A stretch of 64,000 nt of DNA from a virus. Below are positions 9,217 through 19,332 of the stretch, in pieces. Location of the stretch: positions 48,192 to 112,191 of IMG/VR virus record IMGVR_UViG_3300017917_003565; one strand, 5' to 3'. Position 1 is the stretch's first letter, and each line of letters opens with the position of its first letter. A program made the translations under genes and the position numbers. The notes under the pieces were generated by a model. It had not been told where the DNA came from and did not search any database. It saw nothing but the letters and a program-made list of their open reading frames with translations.

Positions 9217-9596
9217 TGTAATCCTTTTTGTTCTAGGCCTTGTTGATACCACTCGATGAATCTATTGCCTTCGGTCTGTTTCAAATCTATCATGCAACCA
9301 TCTTTAAACAAGGCTTCATACTCAATCCAGGCATTGGCTGAATAGCCACCTTGTTCCTGATTTTCTCTATAAAATCTTAGAGATCCAGAAAAATCATCGC
9401 ACCACTTCCAGTGATGATTCTTTGTATCTAAATACATGCCAAATAAATGGCTAGCATCATTGATCCATTCTGCATCATATTCTTCAACCCACAAACGTCC
9501 TAACTCATCTATTTTGTATTGATCCAACATCTGACGAGGAGTGTCTTTGCTTTGATACTTGTTGCCTTCAAACTCTACCCAGTCAAACATACCCAT
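9213..9596 (-). CDS. hypothetical protein (MGMFD family)
   Basis: MGMFD...YQSKD start. Confidence 0.6.
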   Translation of the reverse strand: MGMFDWVEFEGNKYQSKDTPRQMLDQYKIDELGRLWVEEYDAEWINDASHLFGMYLDTKNHHWKWCDDFSGSLRFYRENQEQGGYSANAWIEYEALFKDGCMIDLKQTEGNRFIEWYQQGLEQKGLQ

Positions 9597-9829
9597 TACT
9601 TGATTCCTAAAGTCAGAGGACTATGATCAAGATCACAAATATCTCGACCATTGATTGTGCCTTCGTAAAAATGTGCATCGGCGTCAATGATCTTGATTCT
9701 CATGTCACAATGTTTGATGTCGTAGTCTGTGAAGTTGTATTGTGCATCATAGACTCTAAACACAAATTTATTCGAGGCATGGCAATAGATCAAATCTCCA
9801 ACTTCACCATTAGCAGTTCGGCTCTTCAT
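9596..9829 (-). CDS. hypothetical protein
   Basis: ATG overlapping upstream stop. Confidence 0.5.
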   Translation of the reverse strand: MKSRTANGEVGDLIYCHASNKFVFRVYDAQYNFTDYDIKHCDMRIKIIDADAHFYEGTINGRDICDLDHSPLTLGIK

Positions 9830-10011
9830 TACCACGATCCATCGTCCTTCCATATTCGTATTGTCAAAAACAACCAACCCAGGCTCACAGTCTGTGAGTG
9901 TGGGCCAGCCCATTCATCTTGGTAACGGTTGATCCAGGGTATCCATCGCCAATGCAAAGGATTCACAGTCACGATCAAGGACAGGCCGCTATACCGTAAC
10001 CAGTTAAACAC
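9829..10011 (-). CDS. small Trp-rich hypothetical protein
   Basis: fits operon packing. Confidence 0.45.
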   Translation of the reverse strand: MFNWLRYSGLSLIVTVNPLHWRWIPWINRYQDEWAGPHSQTVSLGWLFLTIRIWKDDGSW

Positions 10012-10375
10012 TTTTGACTCCTTGTTCCACCCATTGTGCTAGAGCGTCATATTGCAGAGTGTCCCACTTGGTGTGCTCATCCATTATGTCGATCTGGATG
10101 TCTCGTTCTTTGGCCTGACACAACAAGTTGTTTAACACGGCCTGTCCATACCCATTGGTACCATATCCACCGTGACGACAACGATACACTGATCCTGAAG
10201 AACCATCAAAATCCCAAAATGAATCCTGCCACGTGGCACGCACTATGCCCGAGTTCAGTTTCCATGCGTCAGAACCTGTGTAACCTCCGGACCATGACGC
10301 AAATACCTTGTAGATGATTTCTTTGGGGGTGTGTATGCGCAACACCATCCAGCGATCTGGAACATACTCACTCAT
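10004..10375 (-). CDS. conserved T4-like phage hypothetical protein
   Basis: PDRW...WSGGYTGSDAWKLNSGI...GSSGSVY. Confidence 0.65.
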   Translation of the reverse strand: MSEYVPDRWMVLRIHTPKEIIYKVFASWSGGYTGSDAWKLNSGIVRATWQDSFWDFDGSSGSVYRCRHGGYGTNGYGQAVLNNLLCQAKERDIQIDIMDEHTKWDTLQYDALAQWVEQGVKSV

Positions 10376-10581
10376 CAGCTACCTCCTCCGACATAGACAT
10401 GATGCATCAAATAGTTGATCACTTGATCAGACCCCAGTACCCACTGTTGTTCTGGTGTGCGTCCATCAAAAGCACGATTAGGACTGCACCACCATTTTGG
10501 TGCCAAATCTGATCCTACCATGGCTGTGACCAAACGATCGGCAATGTACCGGAATTCTTTTTGAGTATCAACAGAGCTCAT
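10375..10581 (-). CDS. MbcA/ParS/Xre antitoxin C-terminal-like (DUF2384) protein
   Basis: WWCSPNRAFDGRTP motif. Confidence 0.55.
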   Translation of the reverse strand: MSSVDTQKEFRYIADRLVTAMVGSDLAPKWWCSPNRAFDGRTPEQQWVLGSDQVINYLMHHVYVGGGS

Positions 10582-10587
10582 ATGCAT

Positions 10588-10616
10588 ATTATAACTGATC
10601 TATGATTTTTGATCAA
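10588..10616 (-). promoter_or_regulatory. sigma70-type promoter
   Basis: TTGATC-N17-TATAAT. Confidence 0.6.
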
Positions 10617-11431
10617 TCGAGATCTAAGTACTGTAACTCAAAATGATTGGCTTGAGACTCATGCCCTACGTAACCTCTAGGGTTGCATACCACACGAGTG
10701 GTTCCAATATGGTAGTCACTATTGTTGTGCATGTGACCATGACAAACCAGTTTGATCTGTGGACGGTCCAACAAAAACTCCGAAAGATCGGTGTAGAAGT
10801 TACCGTTCATCAAAGTATCAGATTTGTAGCATTCGGCCACACTGAGCTCAGATGGTGCATGATGCACTACCAACACAAACTTTTCATCCGGTCGGCCTTC
10901 GGTCACGATACGGATATAATCCAGCATGGCCCGATGATCGGCCAAGGTATCTTCGGGTTGTAATCGGCTGGCATAACCGCCACCGCTGACACCGCGCCCG
11001 CTGTTACGACACACTCGGTAATCATTCATGCTCTTGCTGGCATTCCACATGGTCAAAGGATCTTCGTTGTTAAAGTCAGTCCAGAGTGTTCCGCCTACAA
11101 AGGTCACACCTTTGATGTCAATGGTGTTCTTGTCCAGCATGTGCAAGTTGGAACACTTCTGATTGTCTAGCATGGCCCGGAGGCGATGACGACTACGGGC
11201 AAAATCACCGCTGTAGTGTTCGTGGTTGCCTAGCACATATACAACCTTTTCAAACCGATCGCATACACGACGGAAAAAGGTCTGTACCCTACGACCCATA
11301 GGAGTGTCGTTGGTGGCATCTACCGCTTGGCAGATATCTCCAGCCAACACTAACACATCAGCTGCCTGTTCATTGAACAGCTCGATATCACCGAACTCTA
11401 GATGGATGTCAGACGCCAACGCCAGTTTCAT
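10613..11431 (-). CDS. calcineurin-like metallophosphoesterase
   Basis: SDIHLE, LAGD, GNHE, HHAP, HGHMH. Confidence 0.88.
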   Translation of the reverse strand: MKLALASDIHLEFGDIELFNEQAADVLVLAGDICQAVDATNDTPMGRRVQTFFRRVCDRFEKVVYVLGNHEHYSGDFARSRHRLRAMLDNQKCSNLHMLDKNTIDIKGVTFVGGTLWTDFNNEDPLTMWNASKSMNDYRVCRNSGRGVSGGGYASRLQPEDTLADHRAMLDYIRIVTEGRPDEKFVLVVHHAPSELSVAECYKSDTLMNGNFYTDLSEFLLDRPQIKLVCHGHMHNNSDYHIGTTRVVCNPRGYVGHESQANHFELQYLDLD

Positions 11432-11801
11432 TTGTTTCCTGTTTTTTAAGATTAGCCAGTTCGGCCTTGAGTCGCTCGATTAGATCTGGATCGCCACCAC
11501 TGAGATATGCAATCTTGTCAGGATACAGTTCAGCGAATCGTTTGCGTATTTCGGCTAGGTCAGATCCTTGACACAGGAACTGACGATCGTTTTCACGATA
11601 AAAATACAGTTGTCCATTGTGTTCTTCTACCAACACACCCAACATCTGTTTTTCTACCTCTTGGGCAGCTTCACGTGCTAGATCACGGATCTGCACTTCA
11701 AACCGCCCAATGGCGCGGCGCACCAGATAAACCAGCAACAACACGCTGATGCCCATGCCGATCATGATACCAGCTATAAGATTTAGAGTACTACTTTCCA
11801 T
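11409..11801 (-). CDS. membrane-anchored hypothetical protein
   Basis: N-terminal TM helix; QFLCQG motif. Confidence 0.6.
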   Translation of the reverse strand: MESSTLNLIAGIMIGMGISVLLLVYLVRRAIGRFEVQIRDLAREAAQEVEKQMLGVLVEEHNGQLYFYRENDRQFLCQGSDLAEIRKRFAELYPDKIAYLSGGDPDLIERLKAELANLKKQETNETGVGV

Positions 11802-11830
11802 GTTTCACTCCAGGTTGATTAACACAGTGT

Positions 11831-12349
11831 TTATTTTAGTCCTTTGGCTTCTACACCTTCTTTGTACCACTCAGTCAAAGGTTCTGGTTCTTCATCTTCA
11901 ACATAGCCAAACGCTTCTTCGGCCATGGCCAGATACCCTTCACGATCAGAATTTGCGTCACGATGATCATCATCCAGGTATTCGCCATCCCAGATTACCC
12001 GGCCCACAAAGGCCATTCCGGGTTCCCAATATTCCAAGGTAAACTGCATCTGACTGTTTTGTTGCGCCCAGGTGTAAAAGGCTTCCACACAAGGACCCCA
12101 GGCCGTACTGAACTCAAATGTGACAGAATCTTCTTCGGGTTGATGCTCAAAATACACATCCGATATTTCCCATTTGGTACCCCAGTTGGCCACACGCCAC
12201 GAATACCAATCTTGGTCAGTTTCGTACTTGGGCTCGGGCACCATCCAGGCCAGCAACGGTGTGTCTTCATGATTGAGGATTTCAGTGATTTCCTGGATCA
12301 CCGACGCAGGACCTGAAATAGTTGCACGGTTGGAACACCAGTTGGGCAT
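11831..12349 (-). CDS. Api92/YubB (DUF1281)-like ferredoxin-fold protein
   Basis: MPNWCSN, WRVANWGTKW, FSTAW, YWEPGMAF. Confidence 0.75.
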   Translation of the reverse strand: MPNWCSNRATISGPASVIQEITEILNHEDTPLLAWMVPEPKYETDQDWYSWRVANWGTKWEISDVYFEHQPEEDSVTFEFSTAWGPCVEAFYTWAQQNSQMQFTLEYWEPGMAFVGRVIWDGEYLDDDHRDANSDREGYLAMAEEAFGYVEDEEPEPLTEWYKEGVEAKGLK

Positions 12350-12377
12350 GATATACCTTTATTTACTGTAAAACTAC

Positions 12378-12406
12378 ATTATACAGCAAATGCCATTATT
12401 GGTCAA
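12378..12406 (-). promoter_or_regulatory. sigma70-type early promoter
   Basis: TTGACC-N17-TATAAT. Confidence 0.75.
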
Positions 12407-12412
12407 CCAAAG

Positions 12413-12440
12413 AAAAAGCCCTGGTATTGCGCCAGGGCTT
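12413..12440 (-). terminator. intrinsic terminator
   Basis: AAGCCCTGG/CCAGGGCTT stem followed by a U-run on the minus strand. Confidence 0.65.
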
Positions 12441-12479
12441 GGGCTCAGTGCTCGGTCTGAATCGAGCAGCGGGTGGGTA

Positions 12480-12743
12480 TTAGATACCCAATGCAAGAGC
12501 ACGGTAGCCAGCGGCTACCAACTTACGGCTGGGTTTGCCAAGCACATATTCTGTGACTTGTACGCCATTGCCTGCTTTGCGGCTGTTGGTGTAAACGGCA
12601 AAACCGTGGTTACGGATGCGGCTTACTTCAGCTGACAAATTCTTAACACCCATCTTTGATGCTTGGCTGGCTGTTAAGGCTTTACCACTTTGCAGTGCTT
12701 GGAAGACGCGGAAGGTCTTGGTTTCTGGATTGATAAACTTCAT
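12480..12743 (-). CDS. small basic winged-helix/HTH DNA-binding protein
   Basis: LTASQA...NLSAEVSRIR..G..VY pattern. Confidence 0.65.
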   Translation of the reverse strand: MKFINPETKTFRVFQALQSGKALTASQASKMGVKNLSAEVSRIRNHGFAVYTNSRKAGNGVQVTEYVLGKPSRKLVAAGYRALALGI

Positions 12744-12872
12744 TTGTGTTACCTTTCATGATAGTTCACTGTTTTTACACAGCGTAGGCTTAGTATAGCA
12801 TGCGCTGACTTGCTAAACAACCTTGTTTGGTAAGCATTTAGCCATAAATAACAAAAAAGGCTGAATCCACAC

Positions 12873-15800
12873 ATGACCCAATATGTTATCAACATCGGAG
12901 CCTTGCCCAATGATGGCACGGGCGATCCGCTTAGAACCGCTTTTAACGAAGTAAATCTCAACTTTGACCAGGTTTTCGCCGCGGGTCCGGTACTGAGCAA
13001 TATTCGGATAGCCAACAACACCATACTCACTACCAACACCAATGGAAACTTGGTTTTGGCACCCAATGGCATAGGCCTAGTGCAATCCAATGTCAGCATC
13101 GTGCCTAACTCGGCCAACATACGCAATCTAGGAAGCGCAGATCGTCGTTGGAGCACGGTGTACACACAGTATCTGGACGTTTCGGCCAATCTCACCATCA
13201 GCGGAAACATCATCTACAACGGCGACCTAAATGTGGCCGGAAATCTCACAGTCAATGGCGATCTTATCGAAGTCGGCAACATCGTCACAGACAGTAAAAC
13301 CATACAGTTAGCCAACACCGCAGGTACTACCGCCGCTGCCAACGGGTCGGGTATCACTGTGGGGGCCAACGATCTTATAGCCACTTACCTTTTTGACAGC
13401 TCAGCTGATGCCTGGACCACCAATATCGGCATTACGGCCGTGGGCAATATAGCAGCACCTTATTTCTTGGGCAACGGTAGCCAGCTTTCCGGCGTACGAG
13501 CAGATACCTTGGTCGGCAACACCCTGAGTTCCAATGTGTTGTTCTCCAGCCTAACTTCCGTGGGCACCTTGACTGCGCTAAATGTAACTGGCAATGTTTC
13601 AGCCACGGGCAACATCATTGGTGGCAATGTTGAAACCACAGGACTGATCACAGCCACGGGCAACATTATTGGCGGCAACATCACTACCACAGGCAATGTG
13701 TCTGCAGATTATGTCATAGTAGCCGGAGGAATCGTAGCCGAAGCATCGGCCAGTCCGGCTCCTAGCTTATCAGGATTTGGCAATATCACTAGCGGTAATC
13801 TTATCACCACAGGGATGGTAACAGCCACTGGCAATGTCACAGGTGGCAATGTTGCCAGCGGTAACCTGATCACTGGTGTAACTCTGCAGGTGTCTGATGC
13901 CACTGTGTATGGCAACGTTGACAGTGTCATGGTCAATGCCACGGGCAACGTAGTCGCAGGACAATATTTTATTGGTGACGGTAGTTTACTCACAGGCATT
14001 GGTGCCAGCTACAACGATGCTGACGTAGCCAACTTGTTGGCGGCATTCGGTGCTAATATTATCAACAGCACTGGCAACATCACCACCACTGCCAATGTGT
14101 CCGGCGGTTACATACTAGGAGATGGTAGCCAGCTTACCAACTTGCCAGTACAACCCGGCACTTATGGTGACTCCAACGTAGTCACATTGTTGGGTGCATT
14201 TGGCAGCAACAATGTATCGACCACGGGCAACATCACAGCCGGATTGTTGATAGGCAATGGATCGGTTCTAACTGACATCACTGGAGCCAACGTCACAGGA
14301 ACTGTGGCAAATGCGTCCTACGCCACTTCGGCAGGTTCCGCGACTACTGCCACTTCGGCCACTACTGCTAACACAGTGACTGACGCAGCACAACCCAATA
14401 TCACAAGTGTAGGCACATTGACCAGTGTGACCAGCTCGGGTAACGTACAAGGCGGTAACTTGTTGACTGGCGGACTAATTTCGGCCGCTGGTAATGTTAC
14501 AGGTGCTTATATATTTGGTAACGGTAGCCAACTCACTGACATCAATGCCGTCACGATAGATATAACCGATACCAACGGGTTGACCACCGTATACTACCCA
14601 ACTTTTGTAGAGAACAGAAGCACAGGACAGATCGCCCGTGCCGATGTGGACCTTTCATATCGCACAGACACCAATACGTTGACCGTGGGCAATCTATCAG
14701 CCACTGGCAACGTCACAGGCACATTTATACTTGGCAACGGATCACAACTTACTGGCATCATTAGTAGCTATGGCGATTCCAATGTGGCCACATTGTTGGC
14801 CAACTTTGGTTCCAACGCAGTATCAACCACAGGCAACGTGACCAGTGGTAATCTAACAACTTCTGGTACTGTGTCAGCCACAGGCAATGTCAACAGCAAC
14901 GAAATCAATGCCAATCGAGCGGTACTAGGAAACATTGGTGGTAGTAGTATTTCTGCCGATGGTCGTATTTTCACCAGCGGCAATGTGGTTGCAGGAAACG
15001 TAAACTCAAACGGTATACTTTTTTCCACAGGCAACATCGTTGGTCCACATGTCAATGTCACTGGAAATGTAGTAGCTGGCAATGTCAACTCCAATGGCTT
15101 GTTGTTTGCTGTCGGCAACATCGTTGGTGCTAACTTAGATTCTTATGGTATTATCACAGCGATTGGTAATGTCACTACCAATGCCAACGTCAATGCCAAC
15201 AACTTGCATGCATCAAATCGACTCAGTGTTACCGGTAACATAGTAGCCGGCAATGTCAACTCCAATGGCTTGTTGTTTGCTACAGGTAACGTAGTGGGCG
15301 GCAATGTCAACTCCAATGGTAGAATTTTTGCGTCAGGCAATATACAAGGTGCTAACATTGACACCACTGGATCAATTTCAGCTGTGGGTAATGTGATTGG
15401 TGATTACTTCTTTGGTAACGGTAGCCAACTTACTGGCATTGTAGTTTCTGGAGGAACTTCCATAGACAATGGCATATCAAATGTGAGCATAGCTTCTGCT
15501 AATGGTCCAATCACTGTGTCATACAATGGCAGCGGCAATACCTGGACATTTGGCAATACAAGTGTTCCACAAGCTCTGTATTGGCCGGATGGATCATTCC
15601 AGGCCACAGCCTTTGTGGGCCAGGCCACAGACTTGGTCAGTACAGGTAATGCCACAATCACCAGCGATGCGCTTGGTGTATCATATGTATGGACCTTTGA
15701 CGATATTGGAAATCTCACTCTGCCTACCAACGGTAGTATTGTTGTAGATGGCGGCGATGGTGCGATTGGCCCGGTCAGCGACGACTTAGTTATCTCATGG

Positions 15801-17027
15801 GACAACGAGGAAATCCGCTTGGTTTCTGTTCAAGGCAGCATTGAAATGCAGGCTGACAACGCATTCCGTGTACAGACCAGTTATGACGGTCCCAATGTCA
15901 TATATGGCAGCCGCTGGGAATTCAGCAACAACGAAATCGTCAACATCACCGGTGATTTTGGCATTGTGTCTGAAGTAGGAAACCTCACCCTGTCGGGCGG
16001 ACGTGATGGTGTCAACAGCGGCAATACCACAGTGCGAGCAGTTAATGTTGGCGTGTTGGTTGCTGACTGGGTATTTGACAACACTGGCAATCTTACAGCA
16101 CCCGGAAATATCATCACTACTGCCAATGTGTACGGTGATGTAGGATTGTTCAATGACATCAATCTTAATAATGCCGGCACTAACCGTATGCTCTATGTTG
16201 ATGGTGATCGCAACATCTACGACACTGATTTCTCTTATGATTCAGCTAACAGTGTTATATCTGGCACCGGCAACATCATAGCTGGTTATTTCATTGGTGA
16301 CGGTAGTCAACTTACAGGGTTGTCATCAAGTTATGGCAATGCCAACGTAGACGTTTACCTTAGCAGTGGCACCATGTCAGCTAATATCATTACCACAGGT
16401 AATGTAGATAGTGCCAATGTCAACACCAGCAGAATGGTTATAGGCAATATTGGTGGTAGCAGTATTTCTGCCGATGGTCGTATTTTCACCAGCGGCAACG
16501 TAGTAGCTGGCAATGTCAACTCCAATGGCATACTGTTTTCAACCGGCAATATCGTTGGTCCACATGTCAATGTCACTGGCAACGTAGTGGCCGGCAATGT
16601 CAACTCCAATGGCGTTATTTTTGCCACTGGTAATATTACTGCCGTGGGTAATATTATTACTTCGGCCAACGTAGTGGGCAACACCTCGGGCTACACCATT
16701 GGTTACAGAGATATACCACAGGTGGCTTTTTCAGCCAATACTACCGCAGCTCTTATTGACGCTGGTAAACATTATTATTCCACTACAGCAGGTAACTTGA
16801 ATCTAACTTTGCCCGATGATTCATCGGTGACATTCCCAGATGGCGCTACATTGACCATTGTACTCAATGCCGCAGGTAATGTCTTGGTCAGCCAAGGAAC
16901 AGGTGTTACCCTGTACCAAGCCGGTAGCGCAACTACAGGAAATCGAGTGGTAGGAGCCTATGGACTGGCCACAGTGATGAAAGTGTCTGCCAATACCTGG
17001 GTGATCAACGGAACAGGAGTGTACTAA
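12873..17027 (+). CDS. long tail fibre / virion structural protein (Gly-Asn-Thr-rich beta repeats)
   Basis: N-terminal INIGALPNDGTGDPLRTAF baseplate-attachment motif; GNV/GNI repeats; recurrent GxGSxLT; TAAATA upstream (12845-12850). Confidence 0.8.
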   Translation: MTQYVINIGALPNDGTGDPLRTAFNEVNLNFDQVFAAGPVLSNIRIANNTILTTNTNGNLVLAPNGIGLVQSNVSIVPNSANIRNLGSADRRWSTVYTQYLDVSANLTISGNIIYNGDLNVAGNLTVNGDLIEVGNIVTDSKTIQLANTAGTTAAANGSGITVGANDLIATYLFDSSADAWTTNIGITAVGNIAAPYFLGNGSQLSGVRADTLVGNTLSSNVLFSSLTSVGTLTALNVTGNVSATGNIIGGNVETTGLITATGNIIGGNITTTGNVSADYVIVAGGIVAEASASPAPSLSGFGNITSGNLITTGMVTATGNVTGGNVASGNLITGVTLQVSDATVYGNVDSVMVNATGNVVAGQYFIGDGSLLTGIGASYNDADVANLLAAFGANIINSTGNITTTANVSGGYILGDGSQLTNLPVQPGTYGDSNVVTLLGAFGSNNVSTTGNITAGLLIGNGSVLTDITGANVTGTVANASYATSAGSATTATSATTANTVTDAAQPNITSVGTLTSVTSSGNVQGGNLLTGGLISAAGNVTGAYIFGNGSQLTDINAVTIDITDTNGLTTVYYPTFVENRSTGQIARADVDLSYRTDTNTLTVGNLSATGNVTGTFILGNGSQLTGIISSYGDSNVATLLANFGSNAVSTTGNVTSGNLTTSGTVSATGNVNSNEINANRAVLGNIGGSSISADGRIFTSGNVVAGNVNSNGILFSTGNIVGPHVNVTGNVVAGNVNSNGLLFAVGNIVGANLDSYGIITAIGNVTTNANVNANNLHASNRLSVTGNIVAGNVNSNGLLFATGNVVGGNVNSNGRIFASGNIQGANIDTTGSISAVGNVIGDYFFGNGSQLTGIVVSGGTSIDNGISNVSIASANGPITVSYNGSGNTWTFGNTSVPQALYWPDGSFQATAFVGQATDLVSTGNATITSDALGVSYVWTFDDIGNLTLPTNGSIVVDGGDGAIGPVSDDLVISWDNEEIRLVSVQGSIEMQADNAFRVQTSYDGPNVIYGSRWEFSNNEIVNITGDFGIVSEVGNLTLSGGRDGVNSGNTTVRAVNVGVLVADWVFDNTGNLTAPGNIITTANVYGDVGLFNDINLNNAGTNRMLYVDGDRNIYDTDFSYDSANSVISGTGNIIAGYFIGDGSQLTGLSSSYGNANVDVYLSSGTMSANIITTGNVDSANVNTSRMVIGNIGGSSISADGRIFTSGNVVAGNVNSNGILFSTGNIVGPHVNVTGNVVAGNVNSNGVIFATGNITAVGNIITSANVVGNTSGYTIGYRDIPQVAFSANTTAALIDAGKHYYSTTAGNLNLTLPDDSSVTFPDGATLTIVLNAAGNVLVSQGTGVTLYQAGSATTGNRVVGAYGLATVMKVSANTWVINGTGVY
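14928..16613 (+). repeat. 171-bp intragenic duplication (14928-15098 and 16443-16613)
   Basis: identical 57-aa segment GNIGGSSISADGR...GNVNSNG, synonymous DNA differences. Confidence 0.85.
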
Positions 17028-17752
17028 TGGCCGGTGCCTTGGGCATTATGGTTGCCCAGCCCGGGCAGATCATCACAAATGGATTGCAACTGTGGTTGGA
17101 TCCTGCCCTTTCGTCTAGTTATCCGGGCACAGGAACGTCGGTATATGATCTAAGTCCAAATCGTTACACCGCAACTTTGGTCAATGGTGTGACCTACAGC
17201 ACCGCACGAGCACCCAGTTTTGGCTTCAACGGTGCCACCAACTACAGATATATCAACACCGGACAGTATCTGAGTTCTGAAACCTTTACCTTGAGCTCAT
17301 GGTTCAAAAGTTCCGTTACTACCACTTACCAGATGTTGTTTTCAAAAGAACAAGTGGGTGGCAGTCCGTGGAACTATCGTTTGTATTTGGGTATAACAGA
17401 TGGTCGTATCTATGCTGACATGACCAATGGGACAACTGCATCATTGGCCGGATCTACCAATCTCTGTAACGGAGTGTGGCACAATGCTGTGTTTGTGCGT
17501 AGCGTGGCCTTGGATACCTTGTATCTTTATGTGGATGGAGCCTTGATTACTTCTATCACTGATGGCACCACAGGTGCCATGAGCAACAATCAAAATGTCT
17601 GGATTGGTTTGAGTGCTTTTACAGGTGCTAGTCCTACAGGCAGCTACCCTGTGAATGGACAGATAGGCCAGAGCTTGATTTACAACGTGGCTTTGACTGC
17701 GACGCAGGTCCAGCAAAACTTCAAAGCGATGAAATCAATCTACGGAGTCTAA
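17027..17752 (+). CDS. LamG/concanavalin A-like virion protein
   Basis: GLQLWLD...SYPGTGT; FTLSSWFK; WHN...LYVDG; IYNVALT. Confidence 0.8.
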   Translation: MAGALGIMVAQPGQIITNGLQLWLDPALSSSYPGTGTSVYDLSPNRYTATLVNGVTYSTARAPSFGFNGATNYRYINTGQYLSSETFTLSSWFKSSVTTTYQMLFSKEQVGGSPWNYRLYLGITDGRIYADMTNGTTASLAGSTNLCNGVWHNAVFVRSVALDTLYLYVDGALITSITDGTTGAMSNNQNVWIGLSAFTGASPTGSYPVNGQIGQSLIYNVALTATQVQQNFKAMKSIYGV

Positions 17753-18100
17753 CTGTAGAGTTGTAATATGCCGGCATTGGCCGCGAAACTTGAATCCTGA
17801 ACAAGTACAAGTCCAAGATCCTTGATTTTCATTCACAGTATAAACATCACCTTTTGAACCAGTGATGTTCCATACCCGGCCCTGCGGCTGTTCGGGCTTG
17901 ACCATCTTGAACTTCCAACGATTAGCCACTTCCACGAACTTGCGCCTGCGGCGATCTATAGTAGTAGGGCGATCAAAATATTCAGGTTTGCTTTCACCCC
18001 AACGACTATAGGCATAGATTTTATCACCATCCATGAGATACACATGATTGGGTTGACGATATTCGACATCCCACTTGGTGACTTCTTGCATGATTTTCAT
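17735..18100 (-). CDS. SWIM zinc-finger protein
   Basis: CTCSGFKFRGQCRH. Confidence 0.75.
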   Translation of the reverse strand: MKIMQEVTKWDVEYRQPNHVYLMDGDKIYAYSRWGESKPEYFDRPTTIDRRRRKFVEVANRWKFKMVKPEQPQGRVWNITGSKGDVYTVNENQGSWTCTCSGFKFRGQCRHITTLQLDSVD

Positions 18101-18117
18101 TATGGAATCCTAAACGA

Positions 18118-18390
18118 TCAGCGTGATAGGTTGATTACACGACCTTGATATTCCATGAAACTTACACGCCATGGAATGAAAAAGACATGCCCCACTCGGC
18201 TGTGTTTATCGGTTTGCTCGTCACCGCCAAACACATCACGGGTGACTTCGACCTTGTAGGCTTGATAACCCATGTCTTGATTGTGGGCGTCAATCACACG
18301 ACCTTCAATGAAACTGTCACCACGCCCTACCATGGGTTTGAAATCGTAACCGCGGATCACATCACCTACCTGGACATTTAATGCAACCAT
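18118..18390 (-). CDS. early hypothetical protein
   Basis: VGDVIRGYDF; SD GGAG; directly after a promoter. Confidence 0.65.
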   Translation of the reverse strand: MVALNVQVGDVIRGYDFKPMVGRGDSFIEGRVIDAHNQDMGYQAYKVEVTRDVFGGDEQTDKHSRVGHVFFIPWRVSFMEYQGRVINLSR

Positions 18391-18421
18391 TTTCGCTCCT
18401 GTTATCTAACTGTATAACAAT

Positions 18422-18450
18422 ATTATAGCAAAATGGGTTTTTTTAGTCAA
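18422..18450 (-). promoter_or_regulatory. sigma70-type early promoter with extended -10
   Basis: TTGACT-N17-TATAAT with TGC before -10; spacer identical to the promoter at 21123. Confidence 0.8.
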
Positions 18451-18645
18451 CCAAAATAGCCAGGATTTTAGGTGATATAACTCACTGATTTTTAAGTGAT
18501 TTTTCGTGTGTTTCTTGGGATCTATCGAAACAATGTGGCGCCCAGCCACAGAATGCCACAGTCCAAGCCGTGGCCTCAGGAGAGCCCCAGGTCAGGAGAG
18601 TCATAGCGCCGGCGGCACCGGCTATCAAGATTGCGATGATTTTCA

Positions 18646-18900
18646 TTAGGATTTCCTTTTGAGTTCACGTTCAGTATTTTGTTTTTCCATCTCATAGATG
18701 CTGTAACTAAAACGAAACCAGGCCCTAGCTGCATCACCAAGTACCACGATCAGTCCTACTGCGGTCAGAATCTGAGGCCACGGTGAAGGGCACCCTGCGA
18801 TCAAGGCCACGACGGCCAACATAGTGAGACTGAATCCATAAAAACTAGGGCTAGTCAGCGTGCCTTCAAACTGCCAGCGTAAATAACCTCGAATATTCAT
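18646..18900 (-). CDS. small membrane protein
   Basis: two TM segments; SD GGAG; promoter TTGACT-N17-TACAAT at 18931-18959. Confidence 0.6.
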   Translation of the reverse strand: MNIRGYLRWQFEGTLTSPSFYGFSLTMLAVVALIAGCPSPWPQILTAVGLIVVLGDAARAWFRFSYSIYEMEKQNTERELKRKS

Positions 18901-18945
18901 TGTTTGCTCCTAGAGAATTGATAATGTCATATTGTAACAAAAGAT

Positions 18946-19332
18946 TTATTTTGAGTCAACCACTGGATGCCACCCCAACTGAGCCAAATCCCAACGTATT
19001 TCATCAGTGATCATGCCCTCGGGCACATAGCGTTTTTCAGATTCGGTAGGAGTGTAACCATCGCGATCGTGCCATACTCCCGACCCCGAACAGTACCAGT
19101 CCAGATAATCGCCATGGCCACGGATCTCGGCCACAATAGCACCAGCACTACGCCAGGAACAGGACCAAGTCTGATCTCTTAGAATCTCCCACACATCCTC
19201 TTCCTGCCATTCTTGATTGCACAAGGCCGCATAGAAGTTCTGGGCATAGGCATCGTCATTGCGAATTTTGTCCACAATCCAGTCGCATTGACACACATCC
19301 ATGTCCAAATGATGGGTGTGTTGTATGGTCAT
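18946..19332 (-). CDS. conserved phage hypothetical protein
   Basis: YAQNFYAALCN, WSCSWR, GDYLDWYCSG. Confidence 0.65.
   Translation of the reverse strand: MTIQHTHHLDMDVCQCDWIVDKIRNDDAYAQNFYAALCNQEWQEEDVWEILRDQTWSCSWRSAGAIVAEIRGHGDYLDWYCSGSGVWHDRDGYTPTESEKRYVPEGMITDEIRWDLAQLGWHPVVDSK

Noticed and set aside
13460-16684. Many antisense ORFs over the fibre gene
   Set aside because: Shadows of repetitive codon usage; no RBS or motifs
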